A stretch of 64,000 bases of DNA, taken from Octopus vulgaris. Its lineage: Eukaryota. The DNA lies in NCBI GenBank assembly GCA_951406725.2, contig OX597817.1:68262001-68326000 (forward strand), read 5' to 3'. The translations under genes and the position numbers were made by a program. Each line of letters opens with the position of its first letter. Positions within the stretch are counted from its first letter, which is position 1. Of this stretch, positions 11,850 through 24,699 are shown in pieces. The notes under the pieces are model-generated. The model made no database searches. It had not been told where the DNA came from and was given only the letters and a program-made list of their open reading frames with translations.

Positions 11850-14700
11850 AAAACCGAGTTACCGATTTTGATGTATGAGCTATCAAAAGGTTCAGTACTC
11901 TTTCGGTTACCAAATAAAGTATTTTTTTGCACAACTTTATTTTTACTACGAGAATAAGCTCGAAAACGAGGTCGGGTCGCACAATCTTGTGGTCAATTTC
12001 GAGCAATATTTTAATCTACGTTGCTAGTTTTAATGTGCTTGGTGTTAAAAATGCAGCAATGGAGTGTTATGAGTGCATTTGTGATGCACAAAATGTGACC
12101 AAAACTATGCTTTTTGTGTATAATTATTGGCACAATTTCCGTACCACCAACTTCCACGTTTTTTCTAAAATTTCTTGGGGTTTCTATGTTTTTAGTATAG
12201 GAGAATACGATTTTGCCCAAGAATCACGATTTCAAAATTCTAATTTCTTCCCTCTGTACCCCAATTTCTTAATTTTAAACTTCGAATTTTGTTTTTAATT
12301 CACGTAGAAAAATACGGAGATTACGAATCTGGGAATTTAAAAAAAAAATTTAATTTTTCTTAAACAAAGACTCAATACTCCTTCCCCTACCTCGCCCACA
12401 CATAACCTCCCCGCTTTCAAAAAACTAGAAGCTCCGAATGTTTCACTTTTGTCTGCTGTTTCACGCATGCGTATAATTCTACAGAAATAGCAGACGTCAA
12501 AAATATCAGACCACCACCAGAAAACAACAGCTAAACGACTTTATTTCTGAAAAAGTTCTTCGCTTTCAAAACAGCTAAAAAAGAATCATTCTGAGATTTT
12601 AGCTTTTTAAATGTGAGAAGGTGATGGGTGGAGGTTGGGGAAGGGAATTTGAATGTTTCTTAAAGAAAAAGAAATTCTTAAAGATTCGTTTTTTGGAGCA
12701 AAATCCTAATCAACTATTTCGAAAACATAAGAACCCGAAGAAATTTTGAAAAAAAAAAAAAAAAGTGGGGTGCAAATGTCACTTCCGACATGCCTGAAAT
12801 AACAGCTAAATGACAAGATTTCTGAAAAATACTTCCTTTAAAAGTTTATATCGAAGATCAGGTTTTCTATATATGCTTATCACAAACACGAATTGCAAAA
12901 TATAAAAAAAGTCGGCGGAGTTCTGATCGACGCAGATACTAAAACTCCTCATAACTTTTTAATTTTATTCTGCCTTCTGCATAATGGAATTAATGTGATT
13001 ATCCAATAAAAACGTATTTTCTTTTAAATATTCCACCTATTCCTAAACTTTCCACTGTTTTTTTATTTTATTTTTTTTTAACTTTTGGTTTTAAAATACG
13101 GACAGACCGATTCTGCCATTCGTTTCTCTTTATAATTTCCACATAATTTTTTAAATACTTCGAAATCAAAATTGTTAGCTGTTTGAGTAAGAGAAAATCA
13201 TTTACTAACAGAAAATTATGTTATTAAAATAAATTATCTCTGACATACCTTTAAATTGTTGCGAGAAAAGCATTTACTAAAAGAATTATGTTACGAAAAT
13301 AAATTATCTGCAACATACCTTTAAATTATTGCGGATAAAGTATCAAAACTCTAAACTTGTCCACGAAGTGTACAATCCAAATTTCAATTTGATTGTGATC
13401 TTCTCGCTAGGGGTTATTCTTATTAAAAAAAACACAGGTGTCTGTTTTGTTAGAAATAAAGAAAGAGTGCTTATTGTGTCATTCTTCCAATTTTCACGGC
13501 AAAGGAAGTTTTGCCTACTTGCAATATATGACAACACGGCAAAGAAGGGTCTCATGTGTATTTATTCTACCAACACTGGAGACACGCAAAACATAGTTTA
13601 CCCAGAAGCATTGTCGGCTTCACTGAACATTTGCTGAAGTGTGCAGTCTACCCAAATATTACAGAGATGGCGCTTTTCACAATGAAGTAACTTCCTTTCC
13701 ATCTACCTTACCTTCTGCAATACGGATACCTCTATGTCCTCATTCGGCATCATTTTCTTTACATCCCTAAGTCTCGATTGCTTAATTTTGCATGTTTGCA
13801 GTCTAAAGCAAACCAAAGTCCTTTTCTTGTGCAACTTATTAATATACTTTACTTTATTTCTTAGGCTTTCATCGTTCATCAGCCATGAAGCTATACATCA
13901 CTCCATTACTACTGCCCCACCTCTGCATACCAGCATTACCCATTTATTTTCAAGAAGCACAGCATCCCTATACATTTATACCAAACTGCCCACATTTCTA
14001 ACCATGTTTACTCATATCCTTATATATATACATATACATACAGACACAAAAGTCCCTTTTTTATTCTGTTGGACTCAAAATTGATACCAAATATGCTTGC
14101 AGAATACCACAATACTTTTGAACATGGCCTTTTCATTGAGGAAGCTAATGTATATGAGTCTTGTTCACAGTTATCAACAAATATTATGGGGCGGGTAAGA
14201 ACTATTTCAGCTTCTACATTACCCAATTTGTAGCCATGAAACTGACGTGCCCGTTTTGTTGTTTGAGATATCAAAAGATTGAGCAATCTTTTGGCTTCCA
14301 GTGTAAAGTAAATTTTTTGCACAGCAACCCTATTATACTACAAAAATTAACATCAAAACGAGGCTGTATCGCACAATTTGTCTTTCTAACTAACTTATCT
14401 TTTTAAGCAGGATACCTTTTGCATCAATAGTAGCCTGCGGTATATACCTCGCTTGGATATTTACCACTTTCGAGGTTCCGCTCGCCATGAAACATATGCA
14501 GCCCGTATATTATCTACTCCATTCCTTAATTCTTGTATTTTATTCGCATACCTGGCAACCCTGCCTGCCTACCTGAAATATAAAACATTTTTTTCAGCTT
14601 AACATACTTCGATACGGAAAATATCCCCAACCTTCTGCTTCAATAAACCACTATTTGTTCCTGAAAGTTATTTTTATATTTCTACGGTATACTTGAAGCT
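11850..14700 (-). mobile_element. Old unclassified DNA-transposon-like block with internal inverted and tandem repeats and a Cys-rich ORF relic
   Basis: Microsatellite-free 2.8 kb; degenerate inverted repeat 12160-12440 / 12587-12755; ~70-bp tandem duplication 13197-13335; decayed Cys/His motifs on the minus strand 13520-14060. Ends not defined. Confidence 0.35.
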
Positions 14701-14858
14701 AACCTTCTTCCAACACCTCGATCCTTGGATCTTACATACATACATATATATATATATACTACTAGGTGAAATTTATTGATTTTATTAAATTAATTATATT
14801 TCACCCTTTATCTATAATTATATATATATATATGTATATAATTATATATATATATGTA

Positions 14859-14962
<104 letters not shown>

Positions 14963-14966
14963 CGAG

Positions 14967-15023
<57 letters not shown>

Positions 15024-15763
15024 CACACTTACATGCATGCACATACAATAATTGAAGTTATATATCCTGCTTTAAACCTTCATATTTTGGGGAAGGAAAA
15101 GTAGATATAGCCAAAAGAAAATGAAAACTTGTCTGCGCATGCTGGTGTGCGTATAAATGTGTGTTCTGAGATTGAATTTCGGAATACAAATACGTCTAGG
15201 AATAATACACCTGTCCATGATCGGAGAAGAAACTGATTGAAAGATAGTGCCGATGTAATTATAGAAACGTCCCTATTTACCTAGAAATATGAACTTAAAG
15301 TACAAAATCTTATATACAGTAACCTCATTCATCAGAGAGCATGAACATCACGTAATCTTCCCAAATTACATCCCCACTTCGTCATGTAATTGTCTTTGAC
15401 GTGGCTACATAAAACAAGGCAGGGAACGTAAAACGCAAAATCTATGAGGCCAATATCGTGGTCAATTATGCCTCCTGTAGATCTTAAATATTCCAAGCAG
15501 GCGTTACTAAATAATAAAGAATTTTCAGGAAGACGGTAATTAATGGTGAGAGGAATTTACGTAGATTGATCTGAGCCATTTTCTCCCGAAGTTCCATCAT
15601 TTCACTTTTGTCATTATCTTTGACAGCTCAACTTATTTTCACTATTTCATTAAATTTCTCCCTTACGTTCGGTCTACGAAAACACTAAAGCTATGTATTT
15701 GTGTATGAACAAGGATGTATGCTTATCAGTTTCCGTAAGTATGCAAATATATAAATTTCCAGC

Positions 15764-16013
<250 letters not shown>

Positions 16014-16536
16014 TTTACACACACATATAAATATATATATATACACATATATGTATGCATAAATATATATATATATACATATATATACACATATATATAT
16101 ATGCATATATACACATATATATGTATATATTTATATACATATATATATATATAGATATATACATACATATATATATATATATACACATACATATATGTAT
16201 GTACATATATATACATACATACATACACACACACATACACACACACACACACTCACACACACATATATATATATAACGTATATATAACGTTCAGGACTGT
16301 ATTTACAAGGATTTTCGCTGGGCCTGAAAGGAAAGTAGCCGTAACACACATATAAACAAAGGCAACACGTTATATACACACATATACACACGTATGTACG
16401 TTACATACATGCATACATACATACATACATACATACATACATAAATACATAGTAATTGAAGTCATATTTTCAGCTCGTAAACTTACGCACTCTTCTAAAA
16501 GATAAGTGGATATAAGATATAAGAATATATGAAATA

Positions 16537-16603
<67 letters not shown>

Positions 16604-17189
16604 GGAGAGATAAAGATAGAGAGATAGATATATTGATAGATACATAGATAGAATATATAAATACAACATGTAAGTAAGCGTGCACTTCTTTACACACAAA
16701 GTTATTATTTGAAATAACGATTCAAATATTTTCTTTTAGTCCAATCTCTTCTATTGCGGCAGTGAGACCATCTTTTATGCCAAGGGTTGAAGTAATTCTC
16801 GAAAGGTTACCGTCTCAGGACCTCTTTTGCAATCAATTCTAAAACTGCCATTTGCAGTACAAGCTAGTTTCAGCAACTTATTTTCGCAACACTTCATATA
16901 AACACTAACACACACTCACACACACACACACACATGTATACGTATGTATACACATATATATTATATATATATATTTATACACACATATATGTGTAAATTT
17001 ATACGTACTCACACATACATGTATGTGGGTTTATGTGCATATGTACATGTGTGCATGCATGTACTAGTGTACAAACACTTCTTTCATATTAGAGATCCAC
17101 ATATTTGAATATCTTCCTTTGATTCCTTTGATAAAGATCCACCCAATAGACGGTAACGTTGGAGGCGGTAAATTGGCAAAACCGGTATA

Positions 17190-18245
17190 GCGCCATCGAC
17201 AAAATACTTGGAATTTTCATTTCTGCTCCAAGGCGGGTAGCTGGCAGAAACGTTAGCACGCCGGCCGAAATGCTTAGAGGTATTTTGTCTGCCGTTACGT
17301 TCTGAGTTCAAATTCCGCCAAGGTCGACTTTGCCTTTCATCCTTTCGGGGTAGATTAAATAAGTACCAGTTACACACTGGGGTTGATATAATCGACTTAA
17401 TCCGTTTGTCTGTCCTCGTTTGTCCCCTCTATGTTTAGCCACTTGTGGGTAATAAAGAAACAGGTATTTCGTTCCGAGTTCAAATTCCGCCGAGGTCGAC
17501 TTTGCCTTTCATCCTTTCGGGGTCGATTAAATAAGTACCAGTTACGCACTGGGGTCGATATAATCGGCTTAATCCGTTTGTCTATCCTTGTTTGTCCCCT
17601 CTATGTTTTGGACATCGTGTATATTTGATTTTCCAGGTATTTTATCAATGACGATTGATGCCCTGTTTTTAACTATGCCTAGAACTTTTGCTACTACCGT
17701 TAGAATAATTGTTTTCAGTTTGCACATTTCTATCTCTAGGTTCTCATATTCAGGTAATTCTTCGAATTCTTTGACAAGTAGTTCGATCAGTTGGTACTGG
17801 CAAAGAATTCGGAAAAAGGCATTTTGTCGGTGATATTTGATAATAATATCATCTCTATTGACATTTATTTATCTATCAGTACGGCTGATGAAGTCTCATA
17901 GATAGTAAATCCATTATCTTCTATGACTGGTTTCCTTTGGTGCTCATACCAGTTTTTAGGAAAGGGAATATCATAATGACAACAAATGTTCCACTGTAGG
18001 CTCTCCTCTATTCAATCATGTCAAGCTTTATACTCGTTTATTGCGAGTTTAAAACAGTCAGCCACAATGTGGTTGATGGTTGCAATACTGTTATAACGTA
18101 GACTACAGTTTGGGTGAACATAATTACAGAGAACATTTGCTTGATAGTTTACTGCGAGTAGAAATTGGTCCTGAGCTCTCCATTATAAAATCTTCCATTT
18201 CTGCCTTTAGATTGAAATGCGCAACTTCTAATGTGCTCTTCATCT
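17190..18245 (-). mobile_element. Decayed R4/Dong-type non-LTR retrotransposon (CCHC knuckle + RLE region), interrupted by SINE-B copies
   Basis: Minus-strand translation CSL...TINHIVADCFKLAINEYKA*HD...LQWNICCHYDIP..KNWYEH...IPGKSNIHDVQNI, then ...ILSM after the SINEs; stops and frameshifts present. Confidence 0.75.
17231..17605 (+). mobile_element. SINE family B, one full copy plus one 5'-truncated tandem copy
   Basis: 'ggcgggtagctggcagaaacgttagc...gagttcaaattccgcc..ggtcgactttgcctttcatcctttcgggg...aaataagtaccag' occurs twice. Confidence 0.9.
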
Positions 18246-18277
18246 ATTTCTTTCCTTCTTTCTTTCCTTTGTCCCTG

Positions 18278-18318
18278 TTGTTGTTGTTGTTGTTGTTGTT
18301 CTTCTTCTTCTTCTTCTT

Positions 18319-18349
<31 letters not shown>
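18278..18349. repeat. (TTG)n(TTC)n microsatellite
   Basis: Direct reading. Confidence 0.95.
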
Positions 18350-18350
18350 T

Positions 18351-18499
18351 TGTGTGGTAAGTAGCTTGCTTACCAACCACATGGTTCCGGGTTCATTCCC
18401 ACTGCGTGGCACCTTGGGCAAATGTCTTCTACTATAGCCTCGGGCCGACCAAAGACTTGTGAGTGGATTTGGTAGACGGAAACTGAAAGAAGCCCGTCG

Positions 18500-18530
<31 letters not shown>

Positions 18531-18750
18531 ATGTTTTTGTGTCTGTGTTTGTCCCCCCCCAACATTGCTTGACAACCGATGGTGGTGTGTTTACGTCCCC
18601 GTCACTTAGCGGTTCAGCAAAAGAGACTATAGAATAAGTACTAGGCTTACAAAGAATAAGTCCTGGGGTCGATTTACTCGACTAGAAGGCGATGCTCCAG
18701 CATGGCCGCAGTAAAATGACTGAAACAAGTAAAAGAGTAAAGAGTAAAGC
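18351..18750 (+). mobile_element. SINE family A, well-preserved copy
   Basis: tRNA-like head (GTGGTAAG...GGTTCATTCCC), CORE-like 'ccttgggcaa', internal (TA)n, 3' tail ending in (GAGTAAA)n. Confidence 0.9.
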
Positions 18751-18813
<63 letters not shown>

Positions 18814-19377
18814 ATTTTAGTAGGAGTGAGAGGAGGTGTGGTAGTAGCAGTATATGGTTATTTTTTTCTGCTAAGTTATATTTCTATGCTTTGAAAGAAA
18901 GAAGGATCAAGAGAGGCCCAAACAGCTGGGTGTATATTATATTAGCGACAATACAAATCATTAATGTAGTGAAAGAAAGAAACATTTTATTCAGCTGTTG
19001 GCTGTGGTTTTCGAGTTTCAATCATATTAGTTAAAGATCTATATGGTATATGGAAACTTTAGATTTGACAGTTTTCTCCCACGGGCATTCGGTTTCATGT
19101 TGTTTGGTTGAAAGTTATTTCTATGTAACATGGAATAACATCTCATCAAGATCAGTCGAGAGGCTTCGTGTCTGATTCCTGATTATTAATTTATTTATTT
19201 CTTTATCATACATTTAATGAATAATGGAATCGTTTGGTAAAATGTTTTTGTAAAAGTCAAATCCTTACTTCATTGTATTTCTTACAGTTGAAGCAGTGAG
19301 AGAGTGTCTTCTGTGCGGAATAGTCACAAGGTACTTTCGCTGAACGCACCAATTCATCGTAAATCTCTCTCAGATTT

Positions 19378-19665
19378 GCCTGTCTTCGTTAATCCATACA
19401 TACATGCATACATATATACACACACATGTATGTATTTATGTGTAATTTTGTGCTTGTCCCTCTCCACTGCTTGAAAACCGGTATTGACTCCTTTGATGTC
19501 CCGGGAACCTAGCGGTTCTGCAAAAAAGACCGATAAAATAAGCATCAGGCTTAAAAAAAAAACAATAAAAACTGGAGTCGGCTTGTGTGACTAAACCCTG
19601 CAAAGCAGTACCTCAAAATGGCTGCAGGCTAATGATTGAAGCAAGTAAAGTATAAACGATAAAAG
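19378..19665 (+). mobile_element. SINE family A, degenerate 3' half
   Basis: Aligns with 18490-18740. Confidence 0.7.
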
Positions 19666-19714
19666 ATATCAATAAACATACATTAGTATATTTTCTTTCT
19701 TTTCTTTTTTATAT

Positions 19715-19932
19715 TTTACTTGTTTCAGTCATTTGACTGCGGCCATGCTGGAGCACCGCCTTTAGTCGAGCAACTCGACCCTGAGACTTATTCTTTGTAA
19801 GCCCAGTACTTATTCTATCGGTCTCTTTTGCAGAACCAAGTGACGGGGACATAAACACACCAGCATCAGTTGTCAAGCAATGCTAGGGGGACAAACACAG
19901 ACACACAAACACACATGCACACACACACACAC

Positions 19933-20031
<99 letters not shown>

Positions 20032-20215
20032 AATATGTATACACACATATATACGACGGGCTTCTTTCAGTTTCCGTCTACCAAATCCACTCACAAGGCT
20101 TTGGTCGGCCCGAGGCTATAGAAGAAGACACTTGCCCAAGGTGCCACGTAGTGGGACTGAACCCAGAACCATGTGGTTGGTAAGCAAGTTACTTACCACA
20201 CAGCCACTTCTGCGC
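19715..20215 (-). mobile_element. SINE family A, full-length well-preserved copy
   Basis: Reverse complement of 18351-18750 with an expanded internal (CA)n. Confidence 0.9.
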
Positions 20216-20598
20216 ATATCTATAGATCTATAATGAAATAGAGCTGTTAACACACCAGCAATTTATTACTGGCGAAAAAATGCGCTATATATGCAAATCG
20301 GTAAATTACATTTATGTAAACCCTTGTTATAGTAATCGATTGGAACCCACTACACGGCATCTTGGGCAAGTATCTTCTTGTATATCCTCGGATAGACCAA
20401 TTCCTTGTGAGTGAATTTGGTAGACGGAAGCTCGTCGGACACACACACATACACACACGAGCGCGCGCGTGGAAACGCACAAACCAAATATCCTTCACAA
20501 AGCATCAAACAGAGCCTGTCAAGTGAAGAATATATTAGTAGGCATTCACCTATGGTGCCGAACAGTGGGATCGAGTCTGTAGCAACATGGATGCAGAT

Positions 20599-20643
<45 letters not shown>

Positions 20644-21013
20644 CAGCAGCAACAGCAACAGCAGCAGCAACATGGGAGTATGTGTTGTAACAGCGCGGCC
20701 CTGCATCCTACTCCTGGCGGATGACATCATTGTACCACACAGGCAACAGTCCTCTACCCCACGGGTCTGTTTTGGGTAGCCGTTGCTGATGAGGGTTTTA
20801 CGCGACTGGAGTGCAAATCCTACTTCAAATTCTTCTGTCATCGTCACCTTCTACACGCAGAGGAAACATTGGGTCTATTCTTTAGGCATGTCAATCCCCA
20901 CACAGCACCAGAGCAACATAAAATGAAGTGTTTTGCTCAAGAACGCAACACAGACCGGTTCTTTTTAATCATAAAGCTATGACTGCTTCATGAGTGGAAA
21001 ATTATATTTATTA

Positions 21014-21070
21014 CTAGCAGAGATACCCGGCGTTGCCCGGTTAGTTCAATTGAAGAATTAGACTTTTCTG

Positions 21071-21109
<39 letters not shown>

Positions 21110-21723
21110 TAGATAGATAGATAGATAGATACACACACACACACACACACACACACGCACGTATATATGTAAATTAATATAAATACATGGAAGTACATGA
21201 AGTTTGTTGAAAAAAGGGGATCATGTATATAGCTCCTGGCTGTTGAGATTATAACACCTCGTTGTAAGCAATGTTCCTTGTTTTTCCTTGTGGAGCATAT
21301 ACAAAAAGGTTTCTTTTGGTTCCTACTCTTGAGCAGCCAATATACAGTCGCCCATGCGAGAAGCAGGACTCTTCCAAGAGAACACCAGCTACAGAGAGGG
21401 TTTGACCCTGAGATTTGTTAATGGAGATGGCAAAGCTGACACGAAGGGGGAATAGCAGTCTTCTGAATGTAAATGGAATTTCTGCTCCTGATGGAGTAAG
21501 CGAAAATCTTGGAATAAAGACGTCATCAGCTTTTCCACATCCAGAAAGAATGATCGCCTCGATAACGTGTGACATAATTTTCTTTAATCACCAGTCGTGT
21601 TCCATTGCAAAGTCTTGGTGGTTCCAGATTGCGGAGTAGCATTACAGGAGTTCCAACTTTAAGTGCTAATATGTGTGGAGGTAGTCCAGGCGGCTCCAGT
21701 GAATTGAGAAATTCCACCACCAT
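21014..21723 (-). mobile_element. Helitron 3' remnant with C-terminal Pif1-type helicase fragment (RepHel), frameshifted
   Basis: EFLNSLEPPGLPPH.L.LKVG.PVMLLRNL.PPRLCNGTRL / FPLRVSFAISINKSQGQTL...CFSHGRLYIGCSRVG...KTRNIAYNEVL; 3' terminus 'ccgggcaacgccgggtatctctgCTAG|t' at 21040-21014. Confidence 0.93.
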
Positions 21724-21930
21724 TCGTCGAAAAGAAGGCTGGTCTCCTTGACAACGCTTACGACGTTGATTTCCCTACCCTACCTTCCCCACAGCTTCAT
21801 GAAGGAGGGAGGAAGGGGAGGAGCAATACAGGTGCAGGTGCGAGCATGGACGCCAACACCGCCACCGACACAAAGAAAAATTGGAAGAACCCAGACGACA
21901 GCTTCACAATCAAAGGACAACTCTGCCACA

Positions 21931-22488
21931 AACACCACCACCACCACCACTAACACCATGACCCCATGACCACCACCACCATCACCACTACCACCACCAC
22001 CACCACCACCACCACCATCACCACCACCACCATCACCACCACCACCATCACACCACCACCACCATCACCACCATCACCACCACCACCATCACCAACACCA
22101 CCATCACCACCATCACCACCACCACCACGAAGACCACCATGACCACCACCACGACCACCACCATCATCACCACCATCACCACCACCAACACGACGACGAC
22201 GACGACCACCACCACCACCATCATCACCACCACCACCACCACCAACACCAACACGACCACCACCACCATCACCACCATCACCACCACCACCACCACCACC
22301 ACCACCAACACGACCACCACCACGACCACCACGAAAACCACCACCACCATCACCACCATCACGACCACCACTACCACCACCACCACGACCATCACCACCA
22401 CCACCACCAACACCACGACGACGACGACCACCACCACCACCACCACCACCACCACCACCACCACCACCACCACCACCACCACCACCAC
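21931..22488. repeat. Imperfect (CAC)n trinucleotide array with CAT/GAC/AAC variants
   Basis: Direct reading; it produces the poly-T/G/V ORFs in the track. Confidence 0.95.
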
Positions 22489-22729
22489 AGTGTCTCGCTT
22501 TGCAATTGTATGCCAGACTTGTTTGGAGACGTTTTGGCAGCGGTGTACTGCAACTGGCAGCAGAACGGAAGCATATCCGGTTTTGTGAGTTTGGATAATA
22601 TTTGGCACGCATGAATGACGACGCCACCTTGAATATGGTCCTATGAACTGTAAAAAAATTAAATACAGAGACTTACTTATTCGTAAATATAAATTTATAT
22701 GTGACGTAATTGACATGTTCAACAAAGCG

Positions 22730-23075
22730 TGACGCCTAAACCAATCAGCTTAAGTAATTGAGTGATGCTACATACTGATTGGTCAGAATACAGTTTGCAA
22801 AACCTAGCAATATGGAGCCTACACAGGTGTATTTAAGGCACAGATTTAACCATCTCGCTACAGTCAAAAATTGTGAAGCATGACTGTCACCACTACTACA
22901 TGAACCTGAAGATTGCATAATTTAATGCATGAAAGTACTAGTTCAATCAGAATGAACATTTAACATTCTATTATTTTATTTTATTTTATTATATTATATT
23001 ATCTTATATTATATCATTATAAGATTGTAAATAAAACGTGAAAATCAGACAAGGTTGGAATTCCTTTTATTAATA
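22730..23075 (+). mobile_element. Penelope-like pseudo-LTR unit carrying a hammerhead motif
   Basis: CCAATCAG (22741) and inverted CTGATTGG, TATTTAAG (~22830), hammerhead 22901-22945, AATAAA (~23030); second copy at 683-835. Confidence 0.55.
22901..22945 (+). ncRNA. Minimal type I hammerhead ribozyme
   Basis: UGAAC-CUGAAGA-u-UGCAU(AAUUUA)AUGCA-u-GAA-AGUACU-A/GUUCA: 5-bp stem I, 5-bp stem II, palindromic stem III AGUACU, CUA triplet. Confidence 0.75.
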
Positions 23076-23101
23076 TATTCTTCTATACACAATCACCACC
23101 C

Positions 23102-23164
<63 letters not shown>

Positions 23165-23182
23165 CATACAAAAATATATACA

Positions 23183-23330
23183 ACAGGCTACTTCTAGTTT
23201 CCGTCCAACAAATCCACTCATAAGTCTTTGGACGACCCGAGGCTATAGTAAAAGACATTTGCCCAAGGTGCCACGTTGTGAGACTAAACTCAGAACAATG
23301 TGGTTATAAAGCTAATCAATTAACACACGC
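23183..23330 (-). mobile_element. SINE family A, 5' half
   Basis: 'aatccactca...cccgaggctatagtaaaagacatttgcccaaggtgccacg' matches family A. Confidence 0.75.
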
Positions 23331-24206
23331 TTATTTTTCCTTCAGAATGAGAATATAATTTCAATAGTTCAAAATTATCTTGTATGGCATTTGATGTAGC
23401 TTTATTAGTCTTTATTGTTCATATCCATGCTGATGGCCACGCTGAATTATTGCTCTTATCTCATTTTCATATAAATTATGCAAATTGCTCTAGGCCATAA
23501 ATGTTTTCTACGCTTTATGTATAATAAGTTAAGTATCTCGAATGCTAAATTCAAGGTACGATAGTGCAGCACTGATAACAAATAGTGACGCTTAAACACC
23601 TGATTACTTGCTTTCTTTAAGGACATGTTGATTTCGGAGAATTATCACTTTTTGCGATTATTTTCCCTTCTCGTTTAAAGTTGGGCATAGTAGTCGCCAG
23701 ATATTTACGAAATTTCAATAAATCAAGAATTTATCGTATATGGTATTTGATATAACATCATTCGTCTAGACACTGGATTATTCCTCGTTACCCATTTTCG
23801 TTTGCATATACATATACATATACATACACAAATGTAGTCTTAATAAAAGTTTGACTACTGCTAGCATCTAATGAGATGGATGTGTCCTATGTGTCCACGA
23901 ATCTTTAAGCTGAGATAAACTTTTCTTTAATTACATATAACTCATATCGAATACGCCGAGTGCTACTTCCTTTTGTTTTCCCACTCACTTGTGTGTGTGT
24001 GTGCGTGTGAGATTATGTATATATATGTGTGTGTGTATGTATGTGTGCGTGTGTGTGTGTGTTAGAAATATTGCATTTCGAAATCTCTCGGAGACAGTTA
24101 TGCAGGCTTTGTTGGATGGAGGTGCTTATCTCACCTGTTTGAAGACTTAAGGGCACAGAAAGCTTGTGTTGCGTAGCCAACAAGAAACGGAACAAGCCAC
24201 CACTTT

Positions 24207-24279
<73 letters not shown>

Positions 24280-24311
24280 TATCCGAAATGTATAGTATTA
24301 AACATCCATCA

Positions 24312-24408
24312 CGATTGGTGTTACCAATCGGTTTCGCGTAAAGAATATACAATAGAGTGTTACGTAACAGAACAGATTATATAACTTTTCGCTCATTAGA
24401 GTTAACCG
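24312..24408 (-). ncRNA. Decayed hammerhead motif with unusually long stem II
   Basis: CUaAUGA-GCGaAAAG...CUUUaCGC-GAAA-CCGAUUG-GUA; stem II forms a ~57-nt hairpin; G5 mutated to A and stem I weak. Confidence 0.5.
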
Positions 24409-24699
24409 ATATGGAAGGGAATATGGCGACTGCACTTTATTGTCGGAGGTGGATTAGCATAACCAGCCTGCGGCTGCTGTTAAAGTGGTGGTGGAACGGA
24501 AAAGGGTCCATGGTTTTAGTTTAGGAGTTATGTCCCTTGGTCGGGTATTCTGTAAGCTGGCAAGAATTATCTTGAAGTAGGGAAATGTGCTGCTCCTGGG
24601 GGGATGGGTGTGTGATATGTATAAGTTTTTTCTGGGGGTGTAGGTATATATAGCTGTGTTCGTTGGTCTGTTTTCTTTCTGTTTTGGATTTTCCCGTCG

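Noticed and set aside
13197-13335. ~70-bp repeats as a CRISPR-like array
   Set aside because: Only two adjacent units without spacers, in eukaryotic DNA; a simple tandem duplication.
18351-18420. tRNA genes at SINE heads (also 17231, 30616, 43069)
   Set aside because: Only A/B-box remnants; no cloverleaf, and each continues into a SINE body.
20780-20830. CTGATGAG as a hammerhead core
   Set aside because: No stem II followed by GAAA and no stem I/III pairing.
21950-22725. 225-aa Gly-rich and Val-rich ORFs
   Set aside because: Open in several frames simply because (CAC)n lacks stops; no evidence of coding constraint.
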